Below, one piece after another: positions 1 to 14,499 of a DNA stretch of 64,000 nucleotides (the first letter of the stretch is position 1; every line of letters starts with the position of its first letter). A program made the position numbers and the translations under genes. Below the pieces are notes generated by a model, which saw only the letters and a list, made by a program, of their open reading frames with translations, did no database searches and was not told where the DNA came from. Where the stretch lies: positions 34,286,001 to 34,350,000 of the forward strand of contig OZ320314.1 of assembly GCA_976226885.1 (NCBI GenBank), given 5' to 3'. Origin of the DNA: Iphione sp. A-MEVVRFRX5. Taxonomy: Eukaryota.

Positions 1-1441
1 TTACAGGAGAGCCCCGGATACATAATCCTACTGTGCGCCTTGGATGAACGGATGCACAGGGGGGGAAAAAGAACCGCGGCCATGGAGGTAACTTCTTCTA
101 CATCAGCGTTTCCGGCCAATTCACATCGAGAAGATCAAAATCAATAATCATCTCATGCACTCCTTTGATCACGCCGGTTAGGATATTCAGCAAGCGTGGT
201 GAATTTTTAACAATCGCCACTTCACAGGGTTGACCGTTTTCTCGGCGGACGCCTCCGCAATGCCTCGTGCCACAATGGCCACCTTGGGCGTCTGAGTTCC
301 GCCCCTCTGCATGGTCTCCTAGCGGTGGGATATTCCTTCATTTTTTAGCTTTCTCTGTCCCTTTTTAGCTGGCTGAATTCACGGTCTCCAACCCCAACAC
401 CCTTTCCCCCACCCACCCACCCAACACCCCCCGAAGCCAGGCTTCACGTTCATCAGTGGCCAATTGATGAGCATAGGCGTACGCGGGGAGGCGGCGGATG
501 GAGTGACTTGGCAGCCGTAATCAATGGCTGTGCAGATGTAGGAAATATTCGGCAGCGAACGTCGCGCCGTCGGCGACCATGCTTCATTAGACTTGGACGG
601 CATACCCGTGCGCCGCCATCGCCGTGTCAGTCGGTGCGACGGACCTAGGCCCGGCGAAAACTCGACAGAAAACAACCAGGCAACCATATCATCATCGCAA
701 AAATATAAATAAAATCAATATCGATGGCAGCAATCATTTCCACCATCCACGACGAGCGCCTGTCCGTTGCGCTGCGCGCATAACTGGGCGGCGATGGCTT
801 TCTGGGAGGTAGATGGGTGGAGAGAGCTGAAAATTTCTTACCATGGAATGGCACTCTATGCTTATTCAAGTGAGTTGGATTGAACACTATGCTTCTGGGT
901 GGTTTTCCCTAAGGGTGCCACAATTCTGGTCGAAAACACTGCCAATCCTGATAATATAAAGCCAGCACTTGGACCACGTTGGGTTTCTGGGAAAATAATT
1001 ACTGCTTTTGGGAACTAACTCTATTAGTGTGGTTTGACACAGAAAGACGTTTTTGTATGTAGTCGAAATTTATGGGGTTAATAGAACTGATTGCAAGGAG
1101 GTTTGGACACGAACTTGATTGATGTTCGGCATGTAAAGGTATGACCAAACGTGCGAGAACGTGGGAAATTCTGACGTTAGATAGAATAACCTTTGTAAAA
1201 GGAATCATTGAATGGTATCGACCGAATAGTCTTTTTGTCTCTTCGGTGAAAACGCATGTGTCCGCTGATAGGGAAAACCCTGTGGTTGATAAACAAAAGA
1301 AAGCTTGATGACAATAGGATTAGACTACTGGGAAGAGATATATGTGCATGTATATGCAGCACACACCTTGACCATCAGCATATCAAGAAGGATATCAGAT
1401 GGTTTAATAAACATTACGTGAAATAACTACATGAAATCGTG

Positions 1442-1984
1442 ACAATATTTCACTCATTCCAGCTGTAGCCTCTCATAAAGCATGAATCTCGATTTTTTCT
1501 GAAGTTTATTAGTAATTTGCCAGTAATTTGAAAATTTCATCGCTGGAAAAATATTTCCCGAGAAGTCAAGAAGAAAAAGGTTGAAAAGGAAAAAATCTAT
1601 TCCAAATTTTAAGCGCCCGCAAAAGGAAACAACCTGTGTTCCCAGCATGTTGGGAGGAGAAACAAAATTGTTCTAAAAGGGAAAGCCATATGGAAAATGG
1701 AAGGCTGGGCACTAGCATTTCTTAATACTTGTAAAATGTAATCGATGAAAACAGTTGCAGATATATTACATACGGCCAGCATTATGATATTGCACTTTTG
1801 ACCATCTACAGAAGTTGAGCGATCGATCCTCAAGCAAACATCACCCGTCGACCGAGGAGTTTCACGGTGTATGGATCAATGCGGCATTTTAGATATTCCA
1901 GTGAGCGTTAAGTCTAAACCGGAGCACGAAGAAACCTTCAACGGCTGCGGCCATCGCAATTCCGCCTGCAGTCCTATGAGATAA
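1442..1984 (+). pseudogene. Possible decayed intronless ORF of unknown function
   Basis: One frame runs ~181 codons with 5 internal stops and reads protein-like (REVKKKKVEKEKIYSKF*...IVLKGKAIWKMEGWALAFLNTC...). No recognisable motif. Confidence 0.25.
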
Positions 1985-4900
1985 GCAATAAGCGAACATG
2001 AAAAGTCAAATCTGTATTCCTGCATCATTAATTATTCTCCATATCAATATCTATGCCCATAGGTGATTAGTTTGCGAATAAAACCTAGTAACATAATTCA
2101 TTCAATAAAACACATAATAGATTACTCTGAAATTCATGGATGAAGGGGAAGAACCGAAATTCAGATGAATAATCAGATGCTTATCTTGTAATGCTTTTCT
2201 CATTAATGAGCAAAAGCAATGATTTGAGCTCCCGCAGTAGCTACACGGAAACCCGCGACCTCTGATGAAACTGCCGCTGCCACTCGCTCAAGGCTGGAAG
2301 CCACGATTCTGAACAAGCACCTTTATTAATTGGGAGTGGACTTCACAGAGTGGCAACTCGTGGCGGCAGCAGTGCCAAATGTTCAGCTTTCAGCCCGAAC
2401 CGACTTTCGAAGCGGCCGTCTGAATGGGACATTAAGGAAGGAAAAACGTTCTGTCCTTTAGAATGCGAGGGCGATATTCCCCGAGAGGACTCCGACATGT
2501 TAATCCACATCGCGGCAAAGGAGCGAGACCGCGGGATTACTGTTGTGTGTCGAGGAAAGAACCGCGCCAGGAAAAAAAAACGACGGTTCTCTCCCACTAT
2601 GAAGAACAAATACGTAAACGATTCTACTTTTAAATTGCATGTGGGCTGGGACTATGTACGAGGGAACTTACTATTTAGTACTGTTCCACTACTCTCTAAT
2701 AACATTCCACAGGGTGGCAGCAAATAGAGCATGTAACGAAGCAGATGAAGGTGGGTGAAGGATATAATGACACAGCCGTTGCGACCATCCTCATCGGCTT
2801 ACGGACGAATCTGACTTGATGTAATGTTAGACGCTCGGGCCACTATTCACACATGGACTGGCCGTTTTATTAAACTGAATGGGAAGATCACTTCCTATTA
2901 ATCTCTGACTGAGTAACGCGAGCAGACAGCACCTGGACCCAGCTTGACTGCGCTGTGGGGTTCACTTTCCAATTGGAAAGGCTCAGTGTGGTCATTGCTT
3001 CACCGCATTACCTAAAGGAGACTAATTCGTTGTGCTTCTTTTCAAACTTTGAATCCGCACTGAAACCGTGTATGCCCGCGTTATGAATGATGCCGGTGTT
3101 CATCGTGGACTATAAACAACTAGGGTTAAGCCGAGGGCGGTGGAAAAGGAGATACGCACCTGCTAAGGCGTTCAATTGAAATTTTAAAATTTTAGTTTCT
3201 CAGGATTAAATAAGCGATACCTGCCGGTGCCAAATGTCTGTATTAGACAGATGCATTTATGTTAAAGTATCATAAATTGAAGAGCCCTTAACTTCCTGCA
3301 TAGTTTAATAATCAGTAATGTCGTCTTTCTGGTATACAACCATGATCGATGGGTGGCTGATGTAATGATGCATAACCCTGCAGGTGATAACGACATGCTA
3401 TTTCTTTAGACCTTTTGCCACGAGAATGGCAAGCCGCTACCTCTCTGTCTCAGTATCTGGATCTCGAGCAGTTGCCTGCGTTCAGAGTCCAGGCTTTTGA
3501 GCCGCTACCAAAGGATAAACAATGTATACGCATGTACGCACCCCCCATAGTACTGATCTTCCAGTTCGGTATTGTGTAAGGTATTCGCTGCACTCAGTGC
3601 AAATGACCCAGTTCTTGTATATACAGATGTACTGTCACAACCTCCGAGTTGTCTCTCGTAGCTCTCAAGTTGCCATTATCAATCCCCCCATTGAAAAAAA
3701 GTCAATATCAAGCAGTTCAACCACCTTCCCCATATTGCTATCAGGAGGCAATCTTACACTGGTTTAGAAGGCAGTAGCATCCCCTAAAAGAAGTGATTCT
3801 ATAGCTTCTCAAGCGATTGAATCTATTGCATTTTGAGTCAGTTGGTTCTGCCAAAACCGAGGCAAACCTCTGCTGCTGGAGACTGTGGACAATGTCAGTA
3901 TTGACAGTGGATCAGCGCACCTCCAAATTGAGGATAACATCCCGTTGTCCTTAAGAGGTCATCTTTGTGTGAACTTTGAATAGGAGATTGGATGAATAGG
4001 CAGAGAAACTGCAAGACAAATCATCCGGACCATGAGCAGTGCCTGGAGTGAGCAGAGAGGCAGTGATGCTGACACTAGGCAAACACTTTACCATCTGTTC
4101 ATAGATCTCCACCCAAGTCTTGGTTCGTACATGTAGACGAACTTGATGCGACCTTTTTACCAGGTTCAAATTTGTGAACCTTTTCAATTCTCTGTTTGAA
4201 ATTAATGTTTTGTTTATGTGTCATTGTTTATTTGATTTGGTTGGAAAATACTTTTATCATTCCAAATGTCATCCTAATGAGGACGGTTATCACAATGTAG
4301 AATAAGAAATACATGTACATACACTACTAAATACGGACTGATTAAACATCAGTGTAGGTGACAGTAAGCATGGTATGAATTAATATGTGCTGTTGTATCA
4401 TATCTGACAATTATTGATCAAATAGTTGTAGATCATGTGGAAAGAAGCAAGTAATTCCTTCCTTTTTAACATTTTCGTTAGAAGGCGGTCAAGTTTGTTC
4501 CATAAGCAAGGTACAGTATGTCTATACAATGGAATTCAGTATTCTATTTTTCTTAGGGATAAAGAGTCCATGAGAGTTCTACCTTGTCGAGTCTTACATA
4601 ACCATCATTGCGGCCTTCATTTTCATATTTGATTATAACTTAGCCGAAGTGGTGTTATAAATAGTTTTTATCTATCAGAGATTAGTTATATTCTGAACTC
4701 AAAATGTTGATATTCCCTAGGAGAGTTTTTTCTCGTTTTTTTCAGGTGTTCCGATAAGGGTTACCTTTTGATATTATTGTAGTCTAATATGTGAGCATTT
4801 GTGTGAAATTATTGGAAATATGGTACCATATATCAATATCAGGAATTATGAAAGCCTTATAGGTATCGAAAGAACTATATTTCTGTATTTGTGAACTAAA

Positions 4901-5024
4901 ATAGCATATAATGCTTTCCAATGAAATTAAAATTTCATGTTAAGGTTGTCATCTAGGGTGATTCCTAGGCAGACATAGTGTACTTGTTGCTTATTGATGA
5001 GACAAAGAGATTTGAACATCAATA

Positions 5025-5384
5025 CATCAAAGGAGTGGACGAGAGGTCTCCTCCAGGGTTTCGGGACGAGCTCACGTTTCTCCCAGGTGTGAGAGTCCAT
5101 CAAAGGAGTGGACGAGAGTGGTTCCTCCAGAGTGTCTGGAGTGTCCAGAATGTCCAGAGCCTGGTTCCTCAGACTGAAGTGTCCGCTGTAGATACAGTAA
5201 AATAAGGGTTAGAGACTGTCCAAGGACTGTCCAGAGGAGGGGTGTCGACTGTCCGTGAGTGTCCGCTGTGGCCAGGCACTTGTAAACATGTTATTTACTA
5301 TTTACTTTTGAGACTGGAGTAAACATGTCCATTGTGAGGGTTGTTCGCTGTGGCCAGGGGTCCGCAGACAGGGGTTCCACTGTA
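5025..5384. mobile_element. Terminal segment of a Tc1/mariner-pogo-like non-autonomous DNA transposon (solo TIR with subterminal repeats)
   Basis: Ends in GGGGTTCCACTG|TA at 5371-5384 (reverse complement TA|CAGTGGAACCCC, a pogo/Tigger-style terminus with TA target). Contains a 21-bp direct repeat CATCAAAGGAGTGGACGAGAG at 5025 and 5098, and a recurring GT(C/T)CGCTGT(GGCCAGG) motif near 5179, 5259 and 5343. No partner TIR was found. Confidence 0.5.
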
Positions 5385-8300
5385 CTTTGAAACTGTTTCT
5401 CGTGCTAGGACTAGAATAAATCAAAGAGGATTTTTTTACAGTCATGGACCAATTATAAAACTGACATCAACTAGCCTTTTGATTACAAGAAGTTAAGGTT
5501 CTTAGATATTAATTTTTTACCTTGTTATCATAAAGAGCTACTAGAGTGTCACGAGCACAAAGTATTGTATGACCAGTTACTGAACCAGTTATAAAAAACA
5601 GTTTATAAACAATTGAAAATGAGAGGTGTATTGTAGATCTTTGGGTTATCCAACATTTTCGAAGTTTTGTAGATAATTTGCAACTGTTGATTGAATTATA
5701 TTTCTGTCTGTTAAATAATAATGAAAATACCAATCTAAGGTATCATTATAAGAGAAACGTTGTAGTTCAACACTGTCATTAGTATGTCATGATACCCACC
5801 GTAGAACACTTTCCACAGGTGTAAAATAAGGATATTTGTATGATGATAAATGTTAAGTTTTTTTTTGGTAAACGTCACCAATCACACTATAAATAACTTC
5901 GATAATCGATAATTTCCTTGAAATTAACTATGTTATTGATTGTACATATGTTTTTCCAGGAACTTTGCTAGTATTATGGTGGTAGAGAGATGAGAGGACA
6001 ATCATTTCAAATGCAAAGTGTTAAATTCATGGATTGTTGTTGTAAATGACACGTGTAGACTTAAATGTGAACGCATGTAACTATGAAAGTAAGTACAGTA
6101 AACACCTCACCATTCTAACCCATTCCAGCTTGAACGATATGAACCGAAAATGATGCCATATTAGGTGAAGCCTTATAAGATGAAACCCCTTCACAGTCCA
6201 TTCTCACCAAGGAGTTTTGCAAGGTTTTACTATGATTTAATCTATTTAACGTGTATTCTATCAATATAATCATTTAAGCGCAATAAAAGTGTGAAATATA
6301 CTACTGCTATTATGGAGACGTGCCGAATATACTGACGCCTATTACCAGCTGAACATTGCTGATCCAGGGTGAATTATTGGTGAATTATCAAAGTGATACC
6401 TTCAGTCTTCCGGCCGAAATGGTATTTAATATCCTTAGAGGAAGCATAAATAAAATTAATTAGTTGCACCCTGTTTATCACATTTCCTCAAGGCACATAA
6501 ATCATCTTTGAAGTTCTATCTTTTCTGACTTTCGTTTAAAACTCCTTTACACTCTGTTTAAATGAAAGGCTATCGCAAAACGAAATAAATCGTCAGTTTC
6601 AGAAATGAGAAAATATCATTTCATCGTTTTAAGAAATATTGCATCCGTTGTTTTCCTCCCCAGAAAGAATTCGCCATCTCTTTGCGCCTCAAGACAAACT
6701 ATGAAAAGTAATCAGCTAATATGGTAATTGGTGGACGCCAGCTCCCCTTGCCGATGGGGCGTTCTCATTATGCCCATGGTTATGGGTTGGGGCGCAATTA
6801 CACTCCAATCCCGAGGCCAGCTCTGTGTGCCACGTGGCGACTAGCATTTGTCAACTGGCGACAGCTTTACTACCGGGCGTGATGGTCGAACTCGCAAACC
6901 TTCTTCCACGGACGGGCGACCCTGACGACACATTCCCAATGTGTAATCAGTAATCACAACACAATTACATAATTACACGAGCTGATTGGTCAGGTGTTAT
7001 GTAACCACGGTAACAAAGGCCTGCCAGAGGATCACTGAAGACGAACAATATATGGACTTCTGGGGGAGGGCGACTGAGGGGCCTGCCGACGGACAATATT
7101 GTTTGAGATGGGAGTGTAAATCGAGTGGGTGTGGCCAAGGTTATTGGGAGCAGAGGAGCTGTGGTGTTCTCAGCTGGGACAGAGGTCGCTGCGTGGTGCT
7201 GGCCTGGGTGTCCATTGAGAAGAGGACCATGAATGAAGCGTCCATATTGATGATGCAGATTGTGCTGGACCTCCGCAGGCTGTCTTTTGATAGCTGCTCT
7301 CAGCCGCCTTTGTCTATTGTATTGAGTTCCGCAGACTGACCACCATCGCCTTATATAACGACCATCCCAGAGGAAGATCGACGGAAGCCCGACTTATCTG
7401 TAGTGTTCATCGATCCTTGGCATCATCGATCAGGCCTGGAGAGGAGGCTGCGGGACGTAGCCCCTTGGCATGTCACTATCATTGCTTGAAACCTCTTGCC
7501 GCCCAAATGACCAACATGGCAAACCGTCTCTCAAGCGCCCGCGTTCCCTTCAAGCTTGCACTAGTTGTCGTCTAGTAGACCTCGATATGTAAATGCTACT
7601 TGTGAGCCCTCAGGGTGTAGACTAACATAATACTTTTGTTTTATTAAAGCTTTCGAGAAGGTGTAAGTTATATAAAAATGGATCGTGCTTAATATTTTTT
7701 TCAGTCAATGCCTTTGTTATCTAGGGATATTTACAGGAAAAAAGAATACTGCGTCATTTGAACAATGGGTGTAAATTTCCACGGGGAAATGATTTTTGAA
7801 TGGCAGACAATTGACGGGTACGCGTCGTGAGGTGTGTGTGACACATGGGCTCTGTGGGTGGGTGAGCAAGGTTTGGCTAATGACTAGGTGTCTGTACATC
7901 TGTCCCTTTCCCGAGAGCTCACCAGTACGCTGTTCGCGGCATCCCAGCGCGATAATGTACTTACGTTTCTCTTCGTTTCACCAGGACTGATCACCTCTAC
8001 CATTTATGAAAATGGAAGGCGATAGCGTATCACCATGCCAATTCCTTCGCAGATGACGTGCCGACGGTATTATCATATTAGGATTTCTCCTTTATTGTAT
8101 TATATTTTCTCACGGGTTACTCTGTAGGGAGGTTATATTAGGTTTCGGTGAGCAAGGTAGTTCCTGGCTTGTAGACAAATGCATTTTGCGTGATCTGACT
8201 TGCCGGTGGTGTTTTTTCGCGATACATTTAATGTGAGTGCTCATTAGTTGAAGGAATTTCTAATTTGTTTTAAAAATACAGCCAATAAAGGACCCCTTAC

Positions 8301-10659
8301 TCTGAAACACACAGAGCCGTAACGTGACGCATCGCTTCAAAATGTTCCGCCCCGTTTGAAACGGACAGACAAACGCGCACCATCCATCTACTTTGAATCT
8401 ACTTGGAATCCAATTCCCATGTCGAGCGTCCAGGGATGCTAGTTACCCAGTCGCTGCTATCGGACGCCCTACTAACAACGTTGGAAAACCCGGCTCAGCC
8501 GGAACGCCCATAGAGAAAGCTCCCGATCTTCTCTGTGCTGAATGTGACCGAGATAAGTGGCACATTCCATCAAATTCTGCTCAGGAGTCGTTCCTGAAAC
8601 TGATGTCGGCTCGGCCTGCGAGAGGGGCATTAAGGGGAAATTTCCATGCCGAAGTAAGTAGAATGGAGTGGTCCTAGACCAGCAATCGCTGTCGGAACTA
8701 CAGAGAGTACCTTTAAATCCATGTTTTCCCCCCAATATTGGTGTGTATGAAACACGGGAAGAAAATAAATACTTCAATAAACAAAAGGTGTTGATGAGAT
8801 TCTCTCCATCCTATCATTGATACTTAATGCAACGTGACTTTCGTTTTTGATATCTAAACTGATGTAGCGTGGCAATACTTAGTCTTGGTGTTTTCATGTA
8901 AGTCCCACTGTATAATTTGATAATATTAGGAATACATGCTCTACGACGGTAGTACCGGTATTACATTACATTTGAGTGAAAATCACTCACGCTCAAGAAG
9001 ATTTATTCACCACACCGTCCAAACACGTGCAAACCTATCCGTGTATAATGCATACACAAAGCACAAAGAATCGAGCCGGATACAGCGAATAGCTTTCCCA
9101 TGACGCTATGTCCAGCTACATATGATTTGATTCAGTTGTTCGGTTTACAAGTAGGTTTGAGGTAGAAGTGAGTGAAAGTGATATTTCATCGGATCGACAA
9201 GTGACACAGACTGACGTTGAAACCCGCTGGAACGTCGGACGCCATCAGGCGTCAGGCGGGGTGGTCGGTGGGACAGAGACAGCTGGTGACCGACAGACAG
9301 CGACGCCCTGCTGAGAGAGCAAGAGCGATGGCTTCCACATGGAAGCCAGGACACGACAAAGAAGCCGCCGGCATGCAGCCCACTCTAAACGCCTCCACGA
9401 AAGCCACGCCAAGTCGAAAGATAACAGAGCACTTGAAGCTCGGTACACGGGAAGTGGTCGCGAAAAAATGAAGCACACGAGCAGAGGATGCGTATTGCTC
9501 TTGACACATGTGGTCAGTTATGTTATTGCCTCCCGTTATTTGATACTCGTGATGCTCCAATAAAACTGCTTCCGCCCCGTGCCATCTTTACTCGGCGTGT
9601 TTGGCAAACATAGTGATAACTTGGAACGGTAGATGATTGGAAATAATAAAAAATAGGGTGAAGTTTCCCCTTTTTTCATCGCAAGAACCATTTTAATGAC
9701 CTCCTTGCAGGGCATGCATGCCCCGAAAGTTTCACTAGACACACCGAATAACAAGGCAGATAATGTAACCCATCAAGTCCCGCACAATCCTAGGTGGATT
9801 CCTTGCACTAGAAATGTTGCGCTATCCAATTTAGCGAGGAGATTGCCGACGTAAATGGTGTGATTCTAACTGCTGGGTGCAGCGCAAGAGGAAGAGCAGC
9901 AGGCGAGGGAGGTGTATTAATAAACACACGTGCGGGTGGCGGGGATGCAGGGCAGGACGCGCCGTAACGTGACGCGCTCCGCAATATCTCCCCGGGCCAG
10001 ACCGGCCCAAACGACATGCTTATTGATTGAAACTGTATCGTAGGCAAACATTCGGGAGACACCGACCTAAACAAACATTGTTCTGGTGTCGAATCTGTGT
10101 CACACACTTCCGGAAATGGAGGCTATTCCTGGAATTGCCAAAGGGGTTGCAGACGTAGAGAAAGAAGTTAATTTTTGCCTTAATCCCTGCAATTGACGCT
10201 CTATACTTGAGGCAGTTTTGACTGGTGTCGTGTACACATTCCCATGAAGAATCACTTTCGGCCAGAAGTTGTATTTCATACATTTTACCCACGCGCATTC
10301 ATTCCACAATCATAATGCAGCTACAATAAACATTATGCCGTGCCTTTCACCAGATGGATGAGGGTAGAGACTCATTTTTTTTCTCTTTTGAATGACACCT
10401 GACCAATGAATGCTAGACGTGGCGGAACCCTGAGTGTCAGATGACACCTTTATCGTTTGCAGATGTAGATCATATTCTAAACTTGGCCTGCGAAAGAAGG
10501 CAAGCCATTAGAGGCCCACCCGGCACGACTCCGATATAACTACTTGGCTTGAGCAAACAGGCTGACCGGGTGAGTCAAGCTGGAATGAGGACATGGATAA
10601 TGGGGCAGGGAACCGATAGACGAGCGCCTAGAGCCGATGGATCCATCAGAGTGGCACAC

Positions 10660-10780
10660 CCGTGGGAAAAAAACGACCAGAGGGAAGGGCAAAGCCAAGA
10701 ACAACAGTAGGAGCAATAGCAAAGAAAGACCACAGACCTGATGCTTTGCTAGAGAACCACATTGCCAGTGGAGTGTATTG
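10660..10780 (+). mobile_element. Possible retrotransposon gag zinc-knuckle relic
   Basis: A basic stretch RGKGKAKNNSRSNSKERPQT is followed by *CFARE / HIAS-EC across frameshifts, resembling a CX2CX4HX4C knuckle. No RT or integrase found adjacent. Confidence 0.25.
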
Positions 10781-11379
10781 CCTCCTCTGATGGTCTGCTA
10801 TGGCTTTCTAAGGTACACTGTCTGATGAAGTCCGTAATCTTTAGAAACCAACAAAACCAGTAAGTACGAAGTACGGCGTCCGGCTGAAGAGGTTAATAAG
10901 CGTTGGATTCAGGAGGTGAAAAATATTTCCATTCTACTTGATTTAACATTTCACAATGGATGCTGATTGTATGTACTGATTTGGGTGCATTCGAAAGTAC
11001 CTATCCCCTAGAAGCTGGTTGAACGAATCAACCAGAACATACAGGAAACGGACAAGAGAAATGAAAGCCATGACAGTAAGAAGAAAGATACTGATCTTTA
11101 TATAGTATTGAAACATTCCAGAAAGCTGATGGATAAACTAATTAAGGTTTTCCCGTGTGTGCTCGCTATACTTTAAGTTAATGGCCTGTAGGGCTGAGAC
11201 TAAAAGCATTCAACCTAGGGACCACATAAAAGAAGTTCATGGAGACTCAATTGCAGCTCTAATACCAAGGAAAAGGATTTTACTTTGAGTTCAGTCACTG
11301 CCTAATATTTATTCTAAGCTATTTGGGTTCTCGGAGATGCATCATCTACTGATTATGATCTTTTCCCCTTACTTATATA

Positions 11380-11560
11380 AAATAACTAATTGGATTGGCG
11401 GAGAGAACGGTCACCCACAGGAACAGGTAATCAAATTGCTCCTCTCTTCTTGTGACCTGTCCAGAATGCCTATGGGAGACTGCCTAGTCTGCAGGTTGGA
11501 ACATCATGACAACACTCACATACTCTTGCTTGGTAGAAGCGTCCGTCTCAGACCTCTAGA
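11380..11560 (+). pseudogene. Decayed ankyrin-repeat-like fragment
   Basis: ORF 11337-11609 contains GENGHPQEQVIKLLLS and EHHDNTHILLLG, resembling the ankyrin AAxNGHxxVVKLLL pattern. By-eye match only. Confidence 0.3.
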
Positions 11561-13149
11561 TTTCGTGCATATATTTTACATTTATGCCGTTCCCTTGGTA
11601 TCCAACTGACACAGAGTCCAGAGACTGATGTCCAATACTTCTATTTCAGTCAGCCATATTTCAAAGCAATTTTCATTGAATAACTTCTACTCTATTAGAA
11701 TGATATTTTTCTTCTTAATTGTCCTTGCTGTTCAGAGTCACATCCTGAAGCCCATATACAATAGCTGTACTGTCCAGGAACAACTAAAACGTATCATTAC
11801 AAGAGATCTTTTTATAAAAGTGTGTTCTGGACTCAGGTTTTACGTGCATTTTGATCAGAATAGAAGACAATGTTATATCATTACAATGTGTTTTACAATA
11901 CAAGTACGGGGCACTCGCACTGTAACCCGCTCCTGCCATTGCTCACCATCACTTATGGCATTACCAATTCGAATTTAGGTACTCATAATTCATATTTTAT
12001 TGTAGATCGTCAGCTGATATAGAATAATTAGATGAGTAACTAATCATATGAGCTGGCTTTGGAAAGTATCTATTACACTTGCACCAACATACCGTTCATA
12101 ATCATGCTAGTCATAGAAACGTTAGCAAGAAGTCCTCTCAGAACTGCTCTATTCGGAAGCTGATCGGTTTTGGATTGAATATTAATAATTTTAAATTTAA
12201 GCAGAGAAAACAGCCACAAGTCTTAAGTATGTCATCATATTAAGGATGATACCAACATAGGCAAATATTTTTGTGGTTGACCTGAGTATATTAGTAAGAA
12301 GTACAAAGTTCAATCCGTTGCAGATTTCCTGGTGACATTTTTCCCTTTGTCGTCATAGTACGACAGATTTAGGTTAAGTTCTTTTCTTTCTCAGTATCAT
12401 TAACACATCAAATTTATCACCCGAACCTCTAAGCAACAGAGCCGTTCTTGGTCACTATGATTTTACTGTAGGAAGGCTTGGTTAATAATACAGTGTTACT
12501 CCTAAATAATACATAATCATAGATACTTGACCAAAGAATCAGCCCATCCTATTTTTAACAAAGAACCACTTTCTCGTACCGAACCCAGTTTCTTAAGCTT
12601 ATCATACCTGCTCCCAATTTGATATCCTGCACCATACCTTTATAGCAAGATGGGCTTAACTGACGTTGTGACGTTAACTGGTAGTGTCTATCCAAAACCT
12701 CTATCAAGGAATGTTCTACAGGGAGTTGCCTACACCTCTAGCGCCCTTCTAGCGAAACAGGAAAGGAAAGGTTTCAGCTGGAGCAACACAAAATGTTTTA
12801 GCGTCCATCCACATTCTACTGTTTAAAGATCTTCAAAGAATCTGTTATAGACAATGGTCCCTGATAGGGCAGTACATGTGTAAGAATACTCATGGCAGCC
12901 ACCACATTTTGACTACATGCAGTAGGTCAAAAACCTTAAAAACGTCCTTGTTCATTCCAGCTTTACCAATGAGAAAACAGGTCTGCCTAGGGGTTTCTGA
13001 AGTCATGTCCTCTATCCCAAAAGGGTTGGTTAAATTTTTGTACTGGGCTCCATTACTGAAATTGGCCAAATTTGACATGAATTTCGTAGTACAGACAGAT
13101 AATACATTGGTAGATGACAAATTTCTCGCGGGAATTTTTAGCTAATTTA

Positions 13150-13460
13150 CTGTTTTCCTGTCTCCATTGTGAGTTGTAGGATGTAATTCCAACAAAGACT
13201 GAAAACAATGTCTACGTTATATGTGCATGTGTGTATTGTGTTCATCGGCAATAGACAACATGCAGTACGTGTCCATATTGAAATATGTCCGCAGTTTGGA
13301 CCCATGTTGTGTCTGCCTGTGTTGAACACCATGTAAACAGCTGCAGAGTCCATCGCTGACAGATACAACATGCACAGGAATGTGCCTCATTTGTTCCCAT
13401 GATGGACACATACAGAACATATATTGGGCACGCACAACACAGACATTGGTTCTCAGCCAA
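13150..13460 (-). pseudogene. Decayed ankyrin-repeat-like fragment
   Basis: ORF 13242-13460 contains HSCACCICQRWTLQLFTW and FQYGHVLHVVYC, resembling AAxxGHLxVLxY/W repeats. The DNA is TG/CA-rich. Confidence 0.3.
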
Positions 13461-14499
13461 AGAATGCTCTACAATCCTGCATGTAGACTCACTTTTACAT
13501 CAAACATAATATAGGGAATACTTTTGGAATCTGAAAACTTTCACTCTTCAAACCAGTTTTGTCTTAAGAAGGTACAAGTGAATATATTGGAATTTATACC
13601 GACTAATTGAATTTAAACAAAGAATCTTCAAGAATACAAATTATCTGCACCGCGAAAACACCAAATTCAGCCAAAAAATCAAGCAAATAGGCGTGACAAG
13701 TACACACCCATGAAAACACGGCCATCATTCCACAGTGAAGGGACTATCTCTTTATAGGAGTCATGGTACCAAAAAACCAAGATAAAACGCCTATGTAAAC
13801 ATGCGTCTAAGAACATTCAACCTTAAACAGCATGTGACGAGTCATGCATTACAGGTTGGTGGCACTTAACTTTAGCTATTAAACTTTTTGTTTCCATGAG
13901 TTCTTTTCTAATGCAGAATTTCTCAGGAGACCCTACCTAACAGTGGTGCTATTACAGGCTGACCTTGAATGAAAAATCTCCTTTAAATTGATTGATGAAA
14001 CTATTTTATTCTTCATCATTGGTCTCAACAGAGAGTTTAAATTCACTTAAGGACCAACCCATAACGGTGGTCTAACCCAGGTGAGAGACCAAAATCATCC
14101 AGTCCTAAACTGTTTTTCTCTACGAGTAATCAACTCAGAGGGGAGACCAAAATCAATGATTTTTCACTTGGATGCATTGGAGACCTCTGCCTTGTCCTAC
14201 ATAACAATAAGCACAACATTTCTTATTTTTTAAATCTTTATTTAGCCTGGTAATGCGATGTTTTCATACTTAGTGACCATGGTTATATTCTATGTACATA
14301 TGGTTCGATATACATTAAATACCAATTTCACTGAGTATGAAGCATTTATACAATGCTGGTTTACAGTACTTTTCCCAGATTACAACAGACTCTTCTTATA
14401 GCACATAGAGCAGCAAGTAGAAGTTTAAATTTCCAAGTGATATGTGGGAAGTGAAATGTCTTGACTGAATATGTACTGGATGTGTACTAGAAATAGCTT

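Noticed and set aside
3400-4190. Exon-like segments with GT-AG boundaries on the minus strand
   Set aside because: Every splice combination I tried hit a stop or gave no recognisable protein; no gene model is supportable.
12890-13120. FSNGAQYKN...FGI...GK resembling a DDE-type transposase segment
   Set aside because: The expected Asp residues are absent and the spacing is off; nothing else supports it.
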